64,000 bases of DNA, taken from assembly GCA_963755675.1 (NCBI GenBank), contig CAVWLK010000062.1, positions 256,445 through 320,444 of the forward strand, written 5' to 3'. The notes beneath the pieces are model-generated. The model had not been told where the DNA came from. It did not search any database and saw nothing but the letters and a program-made list of their open reading frames with translations. Source of the DNA: an uncultured Actinomycetes bacterium. Lineage in GTDB: Bacteria; Actinomycetota; Thermoleophilia; Gaiellales; JAICJC01. The position numbers were made by a program, and so were the translations under genes. Shown here piece after piece: positions 1 through 9,049 of this stretch; positions within the stretch are counted from its first letter, which is position 1, and each line of letters begins with the position of its first letter.

Positions 1-589
1 ACGCGGGGATCTCGACCAGACTCGCGAATCGGCGCAGATCATGGCCGAGACCAGCGGCCGGATGGCGCGGACGCTTGCAGAGCTGCTGATGCTGGCCGAC
101 GGAGACGCAGGCGGCCGCCAGGAGCTCGAGCCTGTACGGCTCGACCTGATCACCGCCGAAGCGTGCGATGAGCTCCGCGCCGTTCACGAGGATCGCCGCA
201 TCGACGTCGAGCTGGCGGAGACGATCGTCCCCGGAGACGCGGGTCGTCTCGGCGAGCTGGTGCGAATCCTGGTCGACAACGCCGTCAAGTACAGCCCAGC
301 CGCCGAGCCGGTCAGCGTGGCGGTCTCCACCTCTGAAGACGGCGCCGAGCTGCGTGTGTCGGACCACGGCCCCGGTCTGAGCGACGACGAGTACGCACAT
401 GCGTTCGACCGCTTCTTCCGCGGTGCCGCCGCCCAAGGGGTTGCGGGCAGCGGCCTGGGCCTCGCGATCGCGCGATCGATCACCGAGCAGCACGGCGCCG
501 CGCTGTCGCTCGAGCCGGCGCCGAACGGCGGCACCCTGGCGGTGGCGCGGTTCGCCGCCCCGGTTCACCGCAGTAGGAGCAACTCTTAG
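1..589 (+). CDS. sensor histidine kinase, C-terminal HATPase_c fragment (5' end outside window)
   Basis: Frame is open from the window edge. Contains LVDNAVKYSP (N box), DHGPGL (G1) and GSGLGLAIARSI (G2) motifs. Confidence 0.85.
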   Translation, partial: RGDLDQTRESAQIMAETSGRMARTLAELLMLADGDAGGRQELEPVRLDLITAEACDELRAVHEDRRIDVELAETIVPGDAGRLGELVRILVDNAVKYSPAAEPVSVAVSTSEDGAELRVSDHGPGLSDDEYAHAFDRFFRGAAAQGVAGSGLGLAIARSITEQHGAALSLEPAPNGGTLAVARFAAPVHRSRSNS

Positions 590-846
590 GTCACGACCGC
601 ACCGCGGTGGTCACGGCTGGGACATACCCGCAGACATCCATCTCCCGATAGCGGTCGATGTCATGGAGGCCGCGGGTCTCAGCACCGGATCAAGCCGGGG
701 TCTGCGTACGCGTTGGGCCATCTCCGCGAGCAATCTCGGACGAACGCTGGACCGATCCTCACCATACGCTCAACTTTCAGGTCTACGGTGATGGTCAGGA
801 GGCAAACCGCCCCCAACAGATCTCCACAGAACAAGGGATACCAGCC

Positions 847-1116
847 ATGAATGAATTCATCGCCAGCACAATCGGGAGCGCGGTCTCGATCTACACCCTG
901 CTGATTCTCGCGGCCGTGATCTTCTCCTGGATACGGCCGCCGGCGGGAGCGCTGGGCGCGATTCGAGCCGCCGTCCAATCCATGACCGAGCCCTACCTGC
1001 GCATCTTCCGAAGGCTCGTACCGCCGATCGGCCGGATCGACTTCTCGCCAATCGTGGCGCTGCTTACGCTGCAGGTCGCCGGTGGGGTCGCCGTCGCGGC
1101 TGCAGCGAGCCTGTAG
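847..1116 (+). CDS. YggT family membrane protein
   Basis: Internal ATG of ORF 658..1116. The 89-aa product has two hydrophobic helices and a YggT-like core (EPYLRIFRRLVPPIGRIDFSPIVALL). Confidence 0.8.
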   Translation: MNEFIASTIGSAVSIYTLLILAAVIFSWIRPPAGALGAIRAAVQSMTEPYLRIFRRLVPPIGRIDFSPIVALLTLQVAGGVAVAAAASL

Positions 1117-1148
1117 CGCGAGACGTCGCAGACCGCCTCTTGAGAGAC

Positions 1149-1179
1149 AAGTTGGGCCGTCCTGATGGGCGGCCCAACT
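1149..1179 (+). terminator. stem-loop downstream of the yggT-like gene
   Basis: Perfect 10-bp stem AGTTGGGCCG / CGGCCCAACT with a 10-nt loop, about 35 nt after the stop. No U tract follows. Confidence 0.45.
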
Positions 1180-1230
1180 GGGTTACGCGTTGGGCAGCAA
1201 TGTCCGGCTCACGCCCACTGCCCAGCCGTG

Positions 1231-1382
1231 ATCGTCCATACGGCCGCCGCTCCGTCGTCCGAGGACAGCCGGCAGCCCTTGAGCACGACACGTCGGTAGC
1301 CATCCGAAGCCGAGATGGGTGGCGACCCCGACGCGGCCTCGGCCGTGGGCTGCGAAGGTGGAAGCGCTCTTCGATTCTGGAG
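1231..1382 (+). repeat. copy A of a ~150-nt element; copy B is the leader at 3355..3503
   Basis: Direct by-eye alignment shows long identical runs (ATCGTCCATACGGCCGCCGCTCCGTCGTCCGAGGACAGCCGGCAGCC, CCGAAGCCGAGATGGGTGGCGACCC). Confidence 0.8.
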
Positions 1383-1507
1383 ATGCCGCGAACGCCGCTG
1401 GTGTGGCCTCGCAGGAGGGCGTAGGCGAAGGCGCATGGGATCGCCGTCAGGAGCAGCGCGTCGATGACGCCGTAGCCGGCGCCGCGCCAGAGCGACTCGA
1501 AGGCGAA
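1383..1507 (-). pseudogene. inverted fragment of a paralogue of the membrane-protein gene at 3514..4227
   Basis: The minus strand translates to FAFESLWRGAGYGVIDALLLTAIPCAFAYALLRGHTSGVRG. The intact gene (3847..3971) encodes FAFELLWRGVGYGVIDALLLTAFPCAVAYALLRGHTSGVRG. The fragment has no start codon and is flanked by stops. Confidence 0.75.
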
Positions 1508-1606
1508 CTAGCTTACTCCTCCACTGAACGCCGGAATTAACGGCCGCTTTCGCACCCAGAACAACAGGTCAACCAGGCTGCACGGGCCTATTCTTAGATG
1601 TGTCCC

Positions 1607-1628
1607 GCTCTCTCTCTCTGCTCTCTCC
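1607..1628. repeat. CT-rich low-complexity tract
   Basis: gctctctctctctgctctctcc, in an otherwise GC-rich intergenic region. Confidence 0.6.
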
Positions 1629-1683
1629 AGGACGTATCCACCAAGAGGTACATCAACGCCACACCGGTCGCAAGCCGCTTCGG

Positions 1684-2412
1684 CTAGATGGCGGTCCCTA
1701 CGGCGCGGCCAACAAGCATCGTGAGCAGCATGGCGGCGACTCCCCAGGTGACGACGCGAAGTGCTCCTGTCAGCGGTGGCGCGCCGCCCAGTTGGGCGCC
1801 GGCCGCTCCGGCTAGGGCGAGCGCGATGGCCGTGGCGACCATCGTCACCTCAATTCGCACCTGCTTGGGGGCAAGGATCACTGCCAGCAACGGCAGCGCA
1901 GCACCGACCGTGAACGAGGCAGCGGAGGCACCCGCTGCCTGAAACGGCCGTGCGTGGGAGAGCTCAGTCATGCCCAACTCGTCGCGAGCATGTACCGCTA
2001 GCACGTCGTCATTGGCGCTGAGCTCCGCGGCAACCTCGTCGGCGAGGCGCGGTGACAACCCTCGCTGGCGGTAGATCGCGGCCAGCTCGGCCTGCTCCCC
2101 GGCCGGGTCGGTGCGCAGCTCGATCCGCTCCAGCGCGAGATCTGCACGTTCGACGTCCGCCTGTGAACTGACCGAGACATACTCGCCCGCGGCCATTGAC
2201 GCTGCACCAGCGACCAGGCCCGCGACGCCGGCCGTCAGGATCTCCACCCGGCTTGAACTGGCGGCTGCGACGCCCACGATAATCGCCGCGGTCGAAACGA
2301 TCCCGTCGTCCGCGCCCAGCACAGCCGCCCGCAGCCATCCACTGCGATGGCCGCGGTGCCGCTCGCCCCGACCGGCCCCCTCCGCCTCAGCGCCCACATG
2401 GGTCCGGGACAT
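1684..2412 (-). CDS. VIT1/CCC1 family iron/manganese transporter
   Basis: Contains LRAAVLGADDGIVSTAAIIVGVAAA, MAAGEYVSVSSQ and a C-terminal hydrophobic helix bundle. The start is taken at MSRTHVG; upstream alternatives at 2469 and 2502 are possible. Confidence 0.85.
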   Translation of the reverse strand: MSRTHVGAEAEGAGRGERHRGHRSGWLRAAVLGADDGIVSTAAIIVGVAAASSSRVEILTAGVAGLVAGAASMAAGEYVSVSSQADVERADLALERIELRTDPAGEQAELAAIYRQRGLSPRLADEVAAELSANDDVLAVHARDELGMTELSHARPFQAAGASAASFTVGAALPLLAVILAPKQVRIEVTMVATAIALALAGAAGAQLGGAPPLTGALRVVTWGVAAMLLTMLVGRAVGTAI

Positions 2413-2803
2413 GGCCTCATGCTTGCACACCTCCCGCGGGTCTGCGTTCGCCACCGAGCCGACCGGCATCAACGGCGGGACCGGCGGGATCGTCCTGGTC
2501 ATTACGATTGGCGCCGCGATTGTTCGTGTGCTCAGAAGCCTGGTATGACTGGCTCTCCCCTGCCCGCGAGCCGGCGCGTTTGTTGGTAGGAAGCCGCAGC
2601 GGGGTCGGTGGCTCTCCGGACGTGGTGCTTGGCCAGGCGTGCGACGGTGAGGGGAATGACGTTCGCATCGCGATGGCGGCTTGGCACGTTCACTCAAACC
2701 GGCGCTCGAGCGGACCGCGCGGTCGACCTGCCGGATCGTCGCTCATCGAGTGTGCGCTGTCCGATGTCCACAGGGTTCGCGACTCCGTCCGAGGATCGGC
2801 CTC

Positions 2804-3274
2804 GTGCATAGTCGAACGTCACTCCGACGCTGGTTGGCACGGATCGGCATCGCGTTGGCGGCGACGCTTCTCCTGATCCAGCTCGTCCCCTACGGGCACA
2901 GCCACAGCAACCCGCCGACGACCAAAGAGCCCGCCTGGGACTCGCCGCAGACACGGACGCTGTTCATGGCGTCCTGCGGCGACTGCCATTCCAACGAAAC
3001 GTCATGGCCCTGGTATACGAACATCGCCCCCGTCTCGTGGCTCACGCAGCGAGACGTCCAGGACGGCCGCGCCGCCTTCAACGTCTCCAACTGGGACCAA
3101 CCGCAGGACGTCAGTGCCCAGGACATCACCGAAAGCATCCAAGGCGGCAGCATGCCGCCCTGGTTCTATACACCTCTTCACCCGAAGGCGAACCTCTCCA
3201 GCGCCGAGCAGCAGCGCCTCATCGCCGGCATGACGCGCACCCTCGCCACCTCCCCACCGCTCGGCGGTGGATAA
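2804..3274 (+). CDS. haem-binding domain protein (Haem_bd-like, CxxCH)
   Basis: Contains CGDCH, WPWYTNIAPVSWL and DVQDGRAAFNVSNW. The GTG start has a GAGGA Shine-Dalgarno about 8 nt upstream and is followed by an N-terminal TM helix. Confidence 0.75.
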   Translation: MHSRTSLRRWLARIGIALAATLLLIQLVPYGHSHSNPPTTKEPAWDSPQTRTLFMASCGDCHSNETSWPWYTNIAPVSWLTQRDVQDGRAAFNVSNWDQPQDVSAQDITESIQGGSMPPWFYTPLHPKANLSSAEQQRLIAGMTRTLATSPPLGGG

Positions 3275-3354
3275 ACGTCGCCGGCGCAACACGTCCGGCG
3301 GTGTCCGTCGAGCGCGTCGACGTCCGCGAACGTCGTCGTTGCTTGCCGGGCGCC

Positions 3355-3503
3355 ATCGTCCATACGGCCGCCGCTCCGTCGTCCGAGGACAGCCGGCAGC
3401 CTGTGAGCACAGGTAGGTAGCAATCCGAAGCCGAGATGGGTGGCGACCCTGACGCGGCCTCCGCAGTCGGCTGCGACGGTGGGAGCGTCCTTCGATGCTG
3501 GAG
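3355..3503 (+). promoter_or_regulatory. structured 5' leader (candidate cis-regulatory RNA) of the membrane-protein gene
   Basis: Closing helix CGCUCC-GUCG / CGAC-GGUG-GGAGCG, with nested hairpins CCUGUGAGCACAGG, GGGUGGCGACCC and GCGGCCUCCGC. A CCUCC at 3459-3463 is complementary to the GGAGG Shine-Dalgarno at 3500-3504. A second copy lies at 1231..1382. Confidence 0.4.
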
Positions 3504-3513
3504 GTGACCGGTC

Positions 3514-4227
3514 ATGACCACCCACATCCACACTCCCTCAACCGTCGTGGTGCCACGCGCAGCTCGCCATGTCGGATGGTTCGCGTTCGGCAACCTGGTC
3601 GCGTTCCTGATCCCCTACGTCGGAGTGTCGGTGCTTGACCTGCAGCACGACGCGTTCTATCTCGCCTACTTCGCATCGACGCTCGGGCTGTTGGCCGTGT
3701 ACGCCAGCACAGAACACGTCGACGTGCGCGGCCTGTTCACACGCAACTGGATCTGGAGCGTGGGTATTGGCCTGGTCACCGCAGTCGCCCTGTGGCGAAA
3801 CGTGATCACCAACAGCTCCGCGACGCCACGCCCGCACGGTGCCTACTTCGCGTTCGAGCTCTTGTGGCGCGGCGTTGGCTACGGCGTCATCGACGCGCTG
3901 CTCCTGACGGCGTTCCCATGTGCCGTCGCCTACGCCCTCCTGCGAGGCCACACCAGCGGCGTTCGCGGCCGCATCCGGTTCATCGCGCTCGCCCTACCGC
4001 TGATCTGGCTGATCACCGCCACCTACCACCTCGGTTATCCCCAGATCCGCCAGGACGGCCTCAGCCGACCCGAGACCGGCAACACCATCATCTCGGTACC
4101 CGCGCTGCTCACCACCAACCCGGCCGGTTCGATCGTCGCCCATGTCACCATGCACGTCACCGCGGTGAACCACGCCTACCAGACGCGCGACTACCTGCCG
4201 CCCCAGACGTTCGTCAGCTCGAAGTAA
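3514..4227 (+). CDS. hypothetical polytopic membrane protein
   Basis: 237-aa ORF with a GGAGG Shine-Dalgarno 7 nt upstream and about 6 hydrophobic segments. No family recognised. Confidence 0.8.
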   Translation: MTTHIHTPSTVVVPRAARHVGWFAFGNLVAFLIPYVGVSVLDLQHDAFYLAYFASTLGLLAVYASTEHVDVRGLFTRNWIWSVGIGLVTAVALWRNVITNSSATPRPHGAYFAFELLWRGVGYGVIDALLLTAFPCAVAYALLRGHTSGVRGRIRFIALALPLIWLITATYHLGYPQIRQDGLSRPETGNTIISVPALLTTNPAGSIVAHVTMHVTAVNHAYQTRDYLPPQTFVSSK

Positions 4228-4530
4228 CTGCCGAGCCGTTCACGCCGACCAGTCCAGCAGGTGCTGAACGACCTCGCCGCGAACACGCCTTCGGGCAAAC
4301 GTGCGAACGGGCTATACCGGTTTGATGCATTTGACACTTAGACCCTGAGATGGGAGGATGCAGCGCGCTCCGATGGGTGGCCACTGGCGCCGGGTCGACA
4401 TGTGATCAGAACGAGCGCGACGCTGATACCGCCGCCCGGGCCAGCCAGAGTCGGTTTCCACCGCATCGTTGTGACACATCCTTACGGCAGTGGTCGCTGT
4501 CGTGAGCTCTAGTCGGATACAGGGGGAACA

Positions 4531-5028
4531 ATGAGACGCTTGATATCCATTCTGGTGGCCTGTCCGGTACTTGTGCTGGCAGGGTTCGCGGCATCTGCAC
4601 GCGCGGCAAGTCCAACATTTGAGCCGACCCATGACACCGGGACGTTCGTCGACCCAACGCTGTGCTCGTTTCCGGTAATGGTTCACGTCGAGTGGGTGGG
4701 AACCCTTGTCACGTTCTACGACCGGAGCGGCACGCCGATCCGCGCCCAGCAGCGGCTGCACGAAACGGACACCTTCTCCGCCCATGGGAAGACGCTGGTG
4801 GGCCAGGAGAACACCCTCCAGTCAATCTCGTTCGTTGACGGGCAGCCGTCCACGTTGACCGTCCATGGTCTGCTGTTCACCCACGTCCGGCTTCCCGGTG
4901 GTGGCGTGTTCCTGGGGAGCGTGGGACGGGTTGTCCTCGACATCGACGGCAATGTCGTGAGCTTGCACGGCATGCCGCCGACGGTGCCGCCGGCCCAGCA
5001 CGACGCCTTCTGCGCCGCGCTGATCTAA
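4531..5028 (+). CDS. secreted hypothetical protein
   Basis: Signal peptide MRRLISILVACPVLVLAGFAASARA-AS and a GGGGAA Shine-Dalgarno-like element upstream. Confidence 0.75.
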   Translation: MRRLISILVACPVLVLAGFAASARAASPTFEPTHDTGTFVDPTLCSFPVMVHVEWVGTLVTFYDRSGTPIRAQQRLHETDTFSAHGKTLVGQENTLQSISFVDGQPSTLTVHGLLFTHVRLPGGGVFLGSVGRVVLDIDGNVVSLHGMPPTVPPAQHDAFCAALI

Positions 5029-5037
5029 CCCGGCAGT

Positions 5038-5073
5038 CCTCGGGTGGGCGGACATCCGGCTGCCCACCCGGGG
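5038..5073. terminator. stem-loop between convergent genes
   Basis: CCTCGGGTGGGC / GCCCACCCGGGG, 12 bp including one G-U pair, with a 12-nt loop. No U tract. Confidence 0.4.
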
Positions 5074-5103
5074 AACCTGCGAGAGCAGCTACGCGCGGTG
5101 ACG

Positions 5104-5265
5104 CTAGTCGCCGCGGCTGAACAGCGGCGTCATCAACGCCCGAAGCTCAACCTGCGCTCGCATGCCGTCGAGCTCACGGCCGATCGGATCGTCGAGCTTC
5201 GCGACGAGCAACGCGATGACGCACGGAATTCCCAGCAGGATGATGGTGGAGATGACAACGTCCAT
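5104..5265 (-). CDS. possible small membrane protein (53 aa), absent from the ORF track
   Basis: Translates to MDVVISTIILLGIPCVIALLVAKLDDPIGRELDGMRAQVELRALMTPLFSRGD. It has one TM helix and GC-rich third codon positions, but no clear Shine-Dalgarno. Confidence 0.3.
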   Translation of the reverse strand: MDVVISTIILLGIPCVIALLVAKLDDPIGRELDGMRAQVELRALMTPLFSRGD

Positions 5266-5375
5266 AGACGCGTATATCGGCCGGAGAGCCTTCTACGGGA
5301 TACGCGCGATCGGTGATTCGAGCTTGCGAATCGGGTTAGAGGAACCCGACCCCCGAAGGGTTTGGCCTTGCTCGT

Positions 5376-5795
5376 CTACCTGATAGACATGGTGAAACGC
5401 ACTAAAGCGACCTGCCCGGTTTTGACGTTGACCTCTCTTTGAGGTGGTAGGAGCGGGTAGTTGGCCCGCGCCGTGAGCGCGTACCAACCCGGCTGCAGTC
5501 GCAGGCTGAAGCTCCCATGTTCATCGGTCGTCAGATGTCTGACGAGTGTCTCCCCGGTTGGGCTTCTGACCTTCACGGCGATTGGCTCATTCTTGAGCGG
5601 CCGCGTTGCAGTCCCGTCCTGCATCACCGGCCCACCTTCCATCATGACCAGCCCTCGCACCTCACCAGCCGGAATCGGCGCGGTCGGCTCCGCGCACGAG
5701 CCTCCGTGACCGTTGCACTCGCCGGCCGAACCACCCAGACAGCCGGACGCCAACAGGGCGAGCGCGACCGCGCCCATGACCAGACGTCGTCTCAT
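5376..5795 (-). CDS. lipoprotein with carboxypeptidase-regulatory-like beta-sandwich domain
   Basis: Internal start MRRRLVMGAVALALLASGC provides a lipobox. The HGSFSLRLQPGWYALTA pattern resembles CarboxypepD_reg. The rest of the 393-aa ORF is Arg/Pro-rich shadow sequence. Confidence 0.75.
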   Translation of the reverse strand: MRRRLVMGAVALALLASGCLGGSAGECNGHGGSCAEPTAPIPAGEVRGLVMMEGGPVMQDGTATRPLKNEPIAVKVRSPTGETLVRHLTTDEHGSFSLRLQPGWYALTARANYPLLPPQREVNVKTGQVALVRFTMSIR

Positions 5796-5893
5796 CGGCT
5801 GCTTGGACGCCGAACGCACGCGAAAGTTCCCAAAGGTCACAGTTCGCCATCTAGTCTTCCCCGGATGGCTCGATCTCGCGGAGCAACCGGCGC

Positions 5894-6715
5894 ATGATCG
5901 TCCACCTCGTGGACGGCACATACGAGCTGTTCCGCCAGTTCTACGGGAGGCGGCGTGGCGGCCGAGACGATCAGCCCTCGGGTGCCGTGGTCGGGGTGCT
6001 GCACTCGGTGCTCCAAATGATCGAGACCGGCACGACGCACGTCGGTGTTGCCACCGATCACGTGATTGAGTCGTTCCGCAACGACCTGTGGCCGAGCTAC
6101 AAGACCGGCGCCGGAGTCGATCCGGCGCTGAAAGCGCAGTTTCAGCCGCTCGAGGACGGGCTCGAGGCGATGGGCGTCGCGGTCTGGCCGATGACGGATC
6201 TGGAAGCCGACGACGCGCTCGCCTCGGCCGCGCGCATCGCGTTCGCCGATCAGGACGTCGAGCAGGTCTGCATCTGGACACCCGACAAGGACATCGCGCA
6301 GTGCGTCCGCGGTAGCCGCGTCGTGCAGGTCGACCGGCGAGCGAATGCGATCCGCAACGCCGAGCAGGTGCGCGAGAAGTTCGGCGTCGACCCGGAACTG
6401 ATTCCCGACCTGCTGGCCCTGGTGGGCGACTCGGCGGACGGCTATCCGGGCATCCCCGGCATCGGGCGCGTGACCGCGGCGCGGCTGTTGAACCGCCACG
6501 GCATGATCGAGAACTTCCCGCCCGAGATCCTTGCGGAGGACCGCCGCGAGCTGGCATTGCTGTTCAAGGATCTGGCAACGCTGAGGAGCGACGCTGAACT
6601 CTTCGGTAGCGTCGACGACCTTCGCTGGCGCGGCCCCAGGCCGACCTTTGCCGAGCACGCGAACAGGCTTGGGGATGACCGGCTGGTCACGCGCTCCCTG
6701 GCCGCCGCGGAGTAG
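5894..6715 (+). CDS. 5'-3' exonuclease (FEN / Pol I N-terminal-like)
   Basis: Contains LVDGTYELFR, LEADDALAS and GDSADGYPGIPGIG (H3TH motif). Confidence 0.9.
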   Translation: MIVHLVDGTYELFRQFYGRRRGGRDDQPSGAVVGVLHSVLQMIETGTTHVGVATDHVIESFRNDLWPSYKTGAGVDPALKAQFQPLEDGLEAMGVAVWPMTDLEADDALASAARIAFADQDVEQVCIWTPDKDIAQCVRGSRVVQVDRRANAIRNAEQVREKFGVDPELIPDLLALVGDSADGYPGIPGIGRVTAARLLNRHGMIENFPPEILAEDRRELALLFKDLATLRSDAELFGSVDDLRWRGPRPTFAEHANRLGDDRLVTRSLAAAE

Positions 6716-6788
6716 CCCGGCGTCGCGATGAGTCTGGCGAGCCGACACCGTCCTACCATCATCACCATCCAAACCACTGGAGTTCGCC

Positions 6789-7433
6789 ATGTCAAAGCTC
6801 AAGTTCTCCATCTCGATGTCCGTCGACGGCTACGTGGCCGGGCCCAACCAGAGCACTGAGAATCCGCTCGGCGAGGGCGGCATGACCCTCCACGAGTGGG
6901 CGTTCGCGACCCGCACGTTCAGCGAGATGCAGGGCAGGGAGGGCGGCGAGACCGGCCTCGACGACGAACACGCCAAGTACTGGAGCCGCGGCACGGGTGC
7001 CACGATCATGGGCCGCAACATGTTCGGGCCGATCCGCGGCTCGTGGGGCGACGAGTCTTGGAACGGCTGGTGGGGCGACGATCCGCCGTACCACACGCCC
7101 GTATTCGTGCTCACCCACTACGGCCGGGAACCCGTCGAGATGCAGGGCGGAACGACGTTCCATTTCGTCACCGGAGGGATCGAGGAGGCGCTCGAGCGCG
7201 CCAGCGAGGCGGCCGGCGACCTCGATGTCTCGATCGGCGGCGGAGCGCAGGCGATCCAGCAGTACCTCCGCGCCGGCCTCGTCGACGAGATGGAGGTGCA
7301 CATCGCGCCAAGGCTGCTGGGTGGCGGGGAGAGGTTGTTCGAGAACCTCGACGACTGGCCGTCCGGCTACGAGTGCGTCGAGCTGGTCAGCTCACCGAGG
7401 GTCGCGCATTACAGGTTCGTGCGGCGGACCTGA
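6789..7433 (+). CDS. dihydrofolate reductase family protein (RibD C-terminal-like)
   Basis: Contains KFSISMSVDGYVAGP, IMGRNMF and VFVLTH, typical of the RibD_C/YyaP family. Confidence 0.85.
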   Translation: MSKLKFSISMSVDGYVAGPNQSTENPLGEGGMTLHEWAFATRTFSEMQGREGGETGLDDEHAKYWSRGTGATIMGRNMFGPIRGSWGDESWNGWWGDDPPYHTPVFVLTHYGREPVEMQGGTTFHFVTGGIEEALERASEAAGDLDVSIGGGAQAIQQYLRAGLVDEMEVHIAPRLLGGGERLFENLDDWPSGYECVELVSSPRVAHYRFVRRT

Positions 7434-7544
7434 TACCTGGGTGTGACCCGCCGCGGCTCGTGGAGCGTCAGACCCCGTTTTGCGCGCGCAAGCCTTACAG
7501 ATTCCTCACTAAAACCGTCCGCTCTGGGAGCCGATGTATGCGAC

Positions 7545-8045
7545 GTGAGAATTCGCACACTGATCGCCTCCCTGATGCTGGCAGCGGTGCTGCTGACGGC
7601 GACCGCCGGCCCCGCCTCGGCGACGGTCAACTCCACCTACCGCTGGCGGCTGTTCCTGGCCATCAATGAGGTACGCGCCAATCACGGTCTGGCGCCGGTG
7701 CACCTTGCCTCCGGCCTGCGCAACGCCGCCCAGGCCCACTCGAACGACATGGTGGCGCGCAACTACTTCGCCCACACCAGCCCCACCGGCTCGACGCTCT
7801 GCTACCGCATCATGCACTCCACGTTCGACACCTACGGAGCGTGGTGGGCGGGCGAGAACCTGGCCTGGGGCACGGGCACGATCGGCTCGCCGCGCAACGT
7901 GATCCGGATGTGGCTGGCCAGCCCCGAGCACCGGGCGATCCTGCTCTCCTCGCGCTATACCTACGTCGGCATCGGTCGCGCGGTCGGCCCGTTCCAGGGC
8001 TTCGAAAGCGCGGCCGTGTGGACGGCCGACTTCGGCCACAGGTAA
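7545..8045 (+). CDS. CAP (SCP/PR-1-like) domain secreted protein
   Basis: GTG start followed by signal peptide IRTLIASLMLAAVLLTATAGPASA. Contains NEVRANHGL, YFAHTSP, GENLAWG and WLASPEHRAIL. Confidence 0.8.
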   Translation: MRIRTLIASLMLAAVLLTATAGPASATVNSTYRWRLFLAINEVRANHGLAPVHLASGLRNAAQAHSNDMVARNYFAHTSPTGSTLCYRIMHSTFDTYGAWWAGENLAWGTGTIGSPRNVIRMWLASPEHRAILLSSRYTYVGIGRAVGPFQGFESAAVWTADFGHR

Positions 8046-8088
8046 GGCTGCGCGACGCGGCCCGGCCGCGGTCAACTACCATCAGCCG

Positions 8089-9039
8089 GTGATGCCAACC
8101 CGCCTCGTACTTGCCTCGCCGCGCGGTTACTGCGCCGGAGTCGACCGCGCCGTCGACACCGTCGAGCGTGCGCTCGACCACTTCGGCGCTCCGGTCTACG
8201 TGCGCAAGGAGATCGTCCACAACTGGCACGTCGTCCAGGAGCTGTCCGACCGTGGAGCCGTGTTCGTCGACTCAGAGCTGGATGTCCCCGAGGGGGCGGT
8301 CGTCGTGCTGTCGGCGCACGGCGTCGCGCCGGCGGTCTACGCGAACAGCACCGAGCGCCGGCTGCAGGTGCTCGACGCCACCTGCCCCCTGGTGACGAAG
8401 GTGCACGTGGAGGCCAAGCGCTACGCGGCCGCCGGCTACACGATCGTGCTGATCGGCCACGAGGGTCACGAGGAGGTTGTGGGCACGATGGGAGAAGCGC
8501 CCGATGCGATCCGGTTGATCGGATCGGTGGACGAGATCAACGGCCTCGACATCCCTAACCCCGGCAAGGTGGCGTACATCACCCAGACCACGCTCTCGGT
8601 GGACGAGACGCTCGAGATCATCGCCGCCCTGCGCGAGCGCTTCCCCGAGATCGTCGGGCCCAAGAAGGACGACATCTGCTATGCCACCCAGAACCGCCAG
8701 AACGCCGTCAAGGAGCTGGCGCAGGAGGTGGACCTGGTGCTGGTGATCGGCTCGCGCAACTCGTCCAACTCCAACCGGCTCGTGGACGTCACCCGCGAGC
8801 AGGGGGTGCCCGCGCACCTGATCGACGACGAGACGCACATCGATCCAGCCTGGCTGGAGGGCATCGAGACGGTGGGCATCACGTCCGGGGCGTCCGCGCC
8901 GGAGTCACTCGTCGAGCGGGTGGTCGCCTACTTTCAAGAGCTGGGCGTTGAGCGGATCGAGTCGCACGAGCTGGTGGACGAGAATGTCCACTTCTCGCTG
9001 CCGCGCGGGCTGGCCCGCGCCACCCAGCCGGATAGCTGA
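8089..9039 (+). CDS. ispH: 4-hydroxy-3-methylbut-2-enyl diphosphate reductase
   Basis: Contains PRGYCAGVDRAV, SAHGV, ATCPLVTKVH, IGHEGHEEV, ICYATQNRQ and SSNSNRL. Confidence 0.95.
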   Translation: MMPTRLVLASPRGYCAGVDRAVDTVERALDHFGAPVYVRKEIVHNWHVVQELSDRGAVFVDSELDVPEGAVVVLSAHGVAPAVYANSTERRLQVLDATCPLVTKVHVEAKRYAAAGYTIVLIGHEGHEEVVGTMGEAPDAIRLIGSVDEINGLDIPNPGKVAYITQTTLSVDETLEIIAALRERFPEIVGPKKDDICYATQNRQNAVKELAQEVDLVLVIGSRNSSNSNRLVDVTREQGVPAHLIDDETHIDPAWLEGIETVGITSGASAPESLVERVVAYFQELGVERIESHELVDENVHFSLPRGLARATQPDS

Positions 9040-9049
9040 CCGAGCCGGT

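Noticed and set aside
589-846. The CACCGCGGTG palindrome and surrounding spacer between the kinase fragment and the yggT-like gene, considered as a terminator or operator.
   Set aside because: A 10-bp perfect palindrome with no loop is not a credible hairpin terminator. It occurs once, with no supporting context.
4300-4530. A cobalamin riboswitch, suggested by a GCCACTG box and an AGCCAGAG-like stretch in a 300-bp gap.
   Set aside because: The other conserved cobalamin elements (GGGAA, GGUG.AA.UCC, the full B12 box) are absent or in the wrong order on either strand. The downstream gene is a small secreted protein, not a B12-related function.
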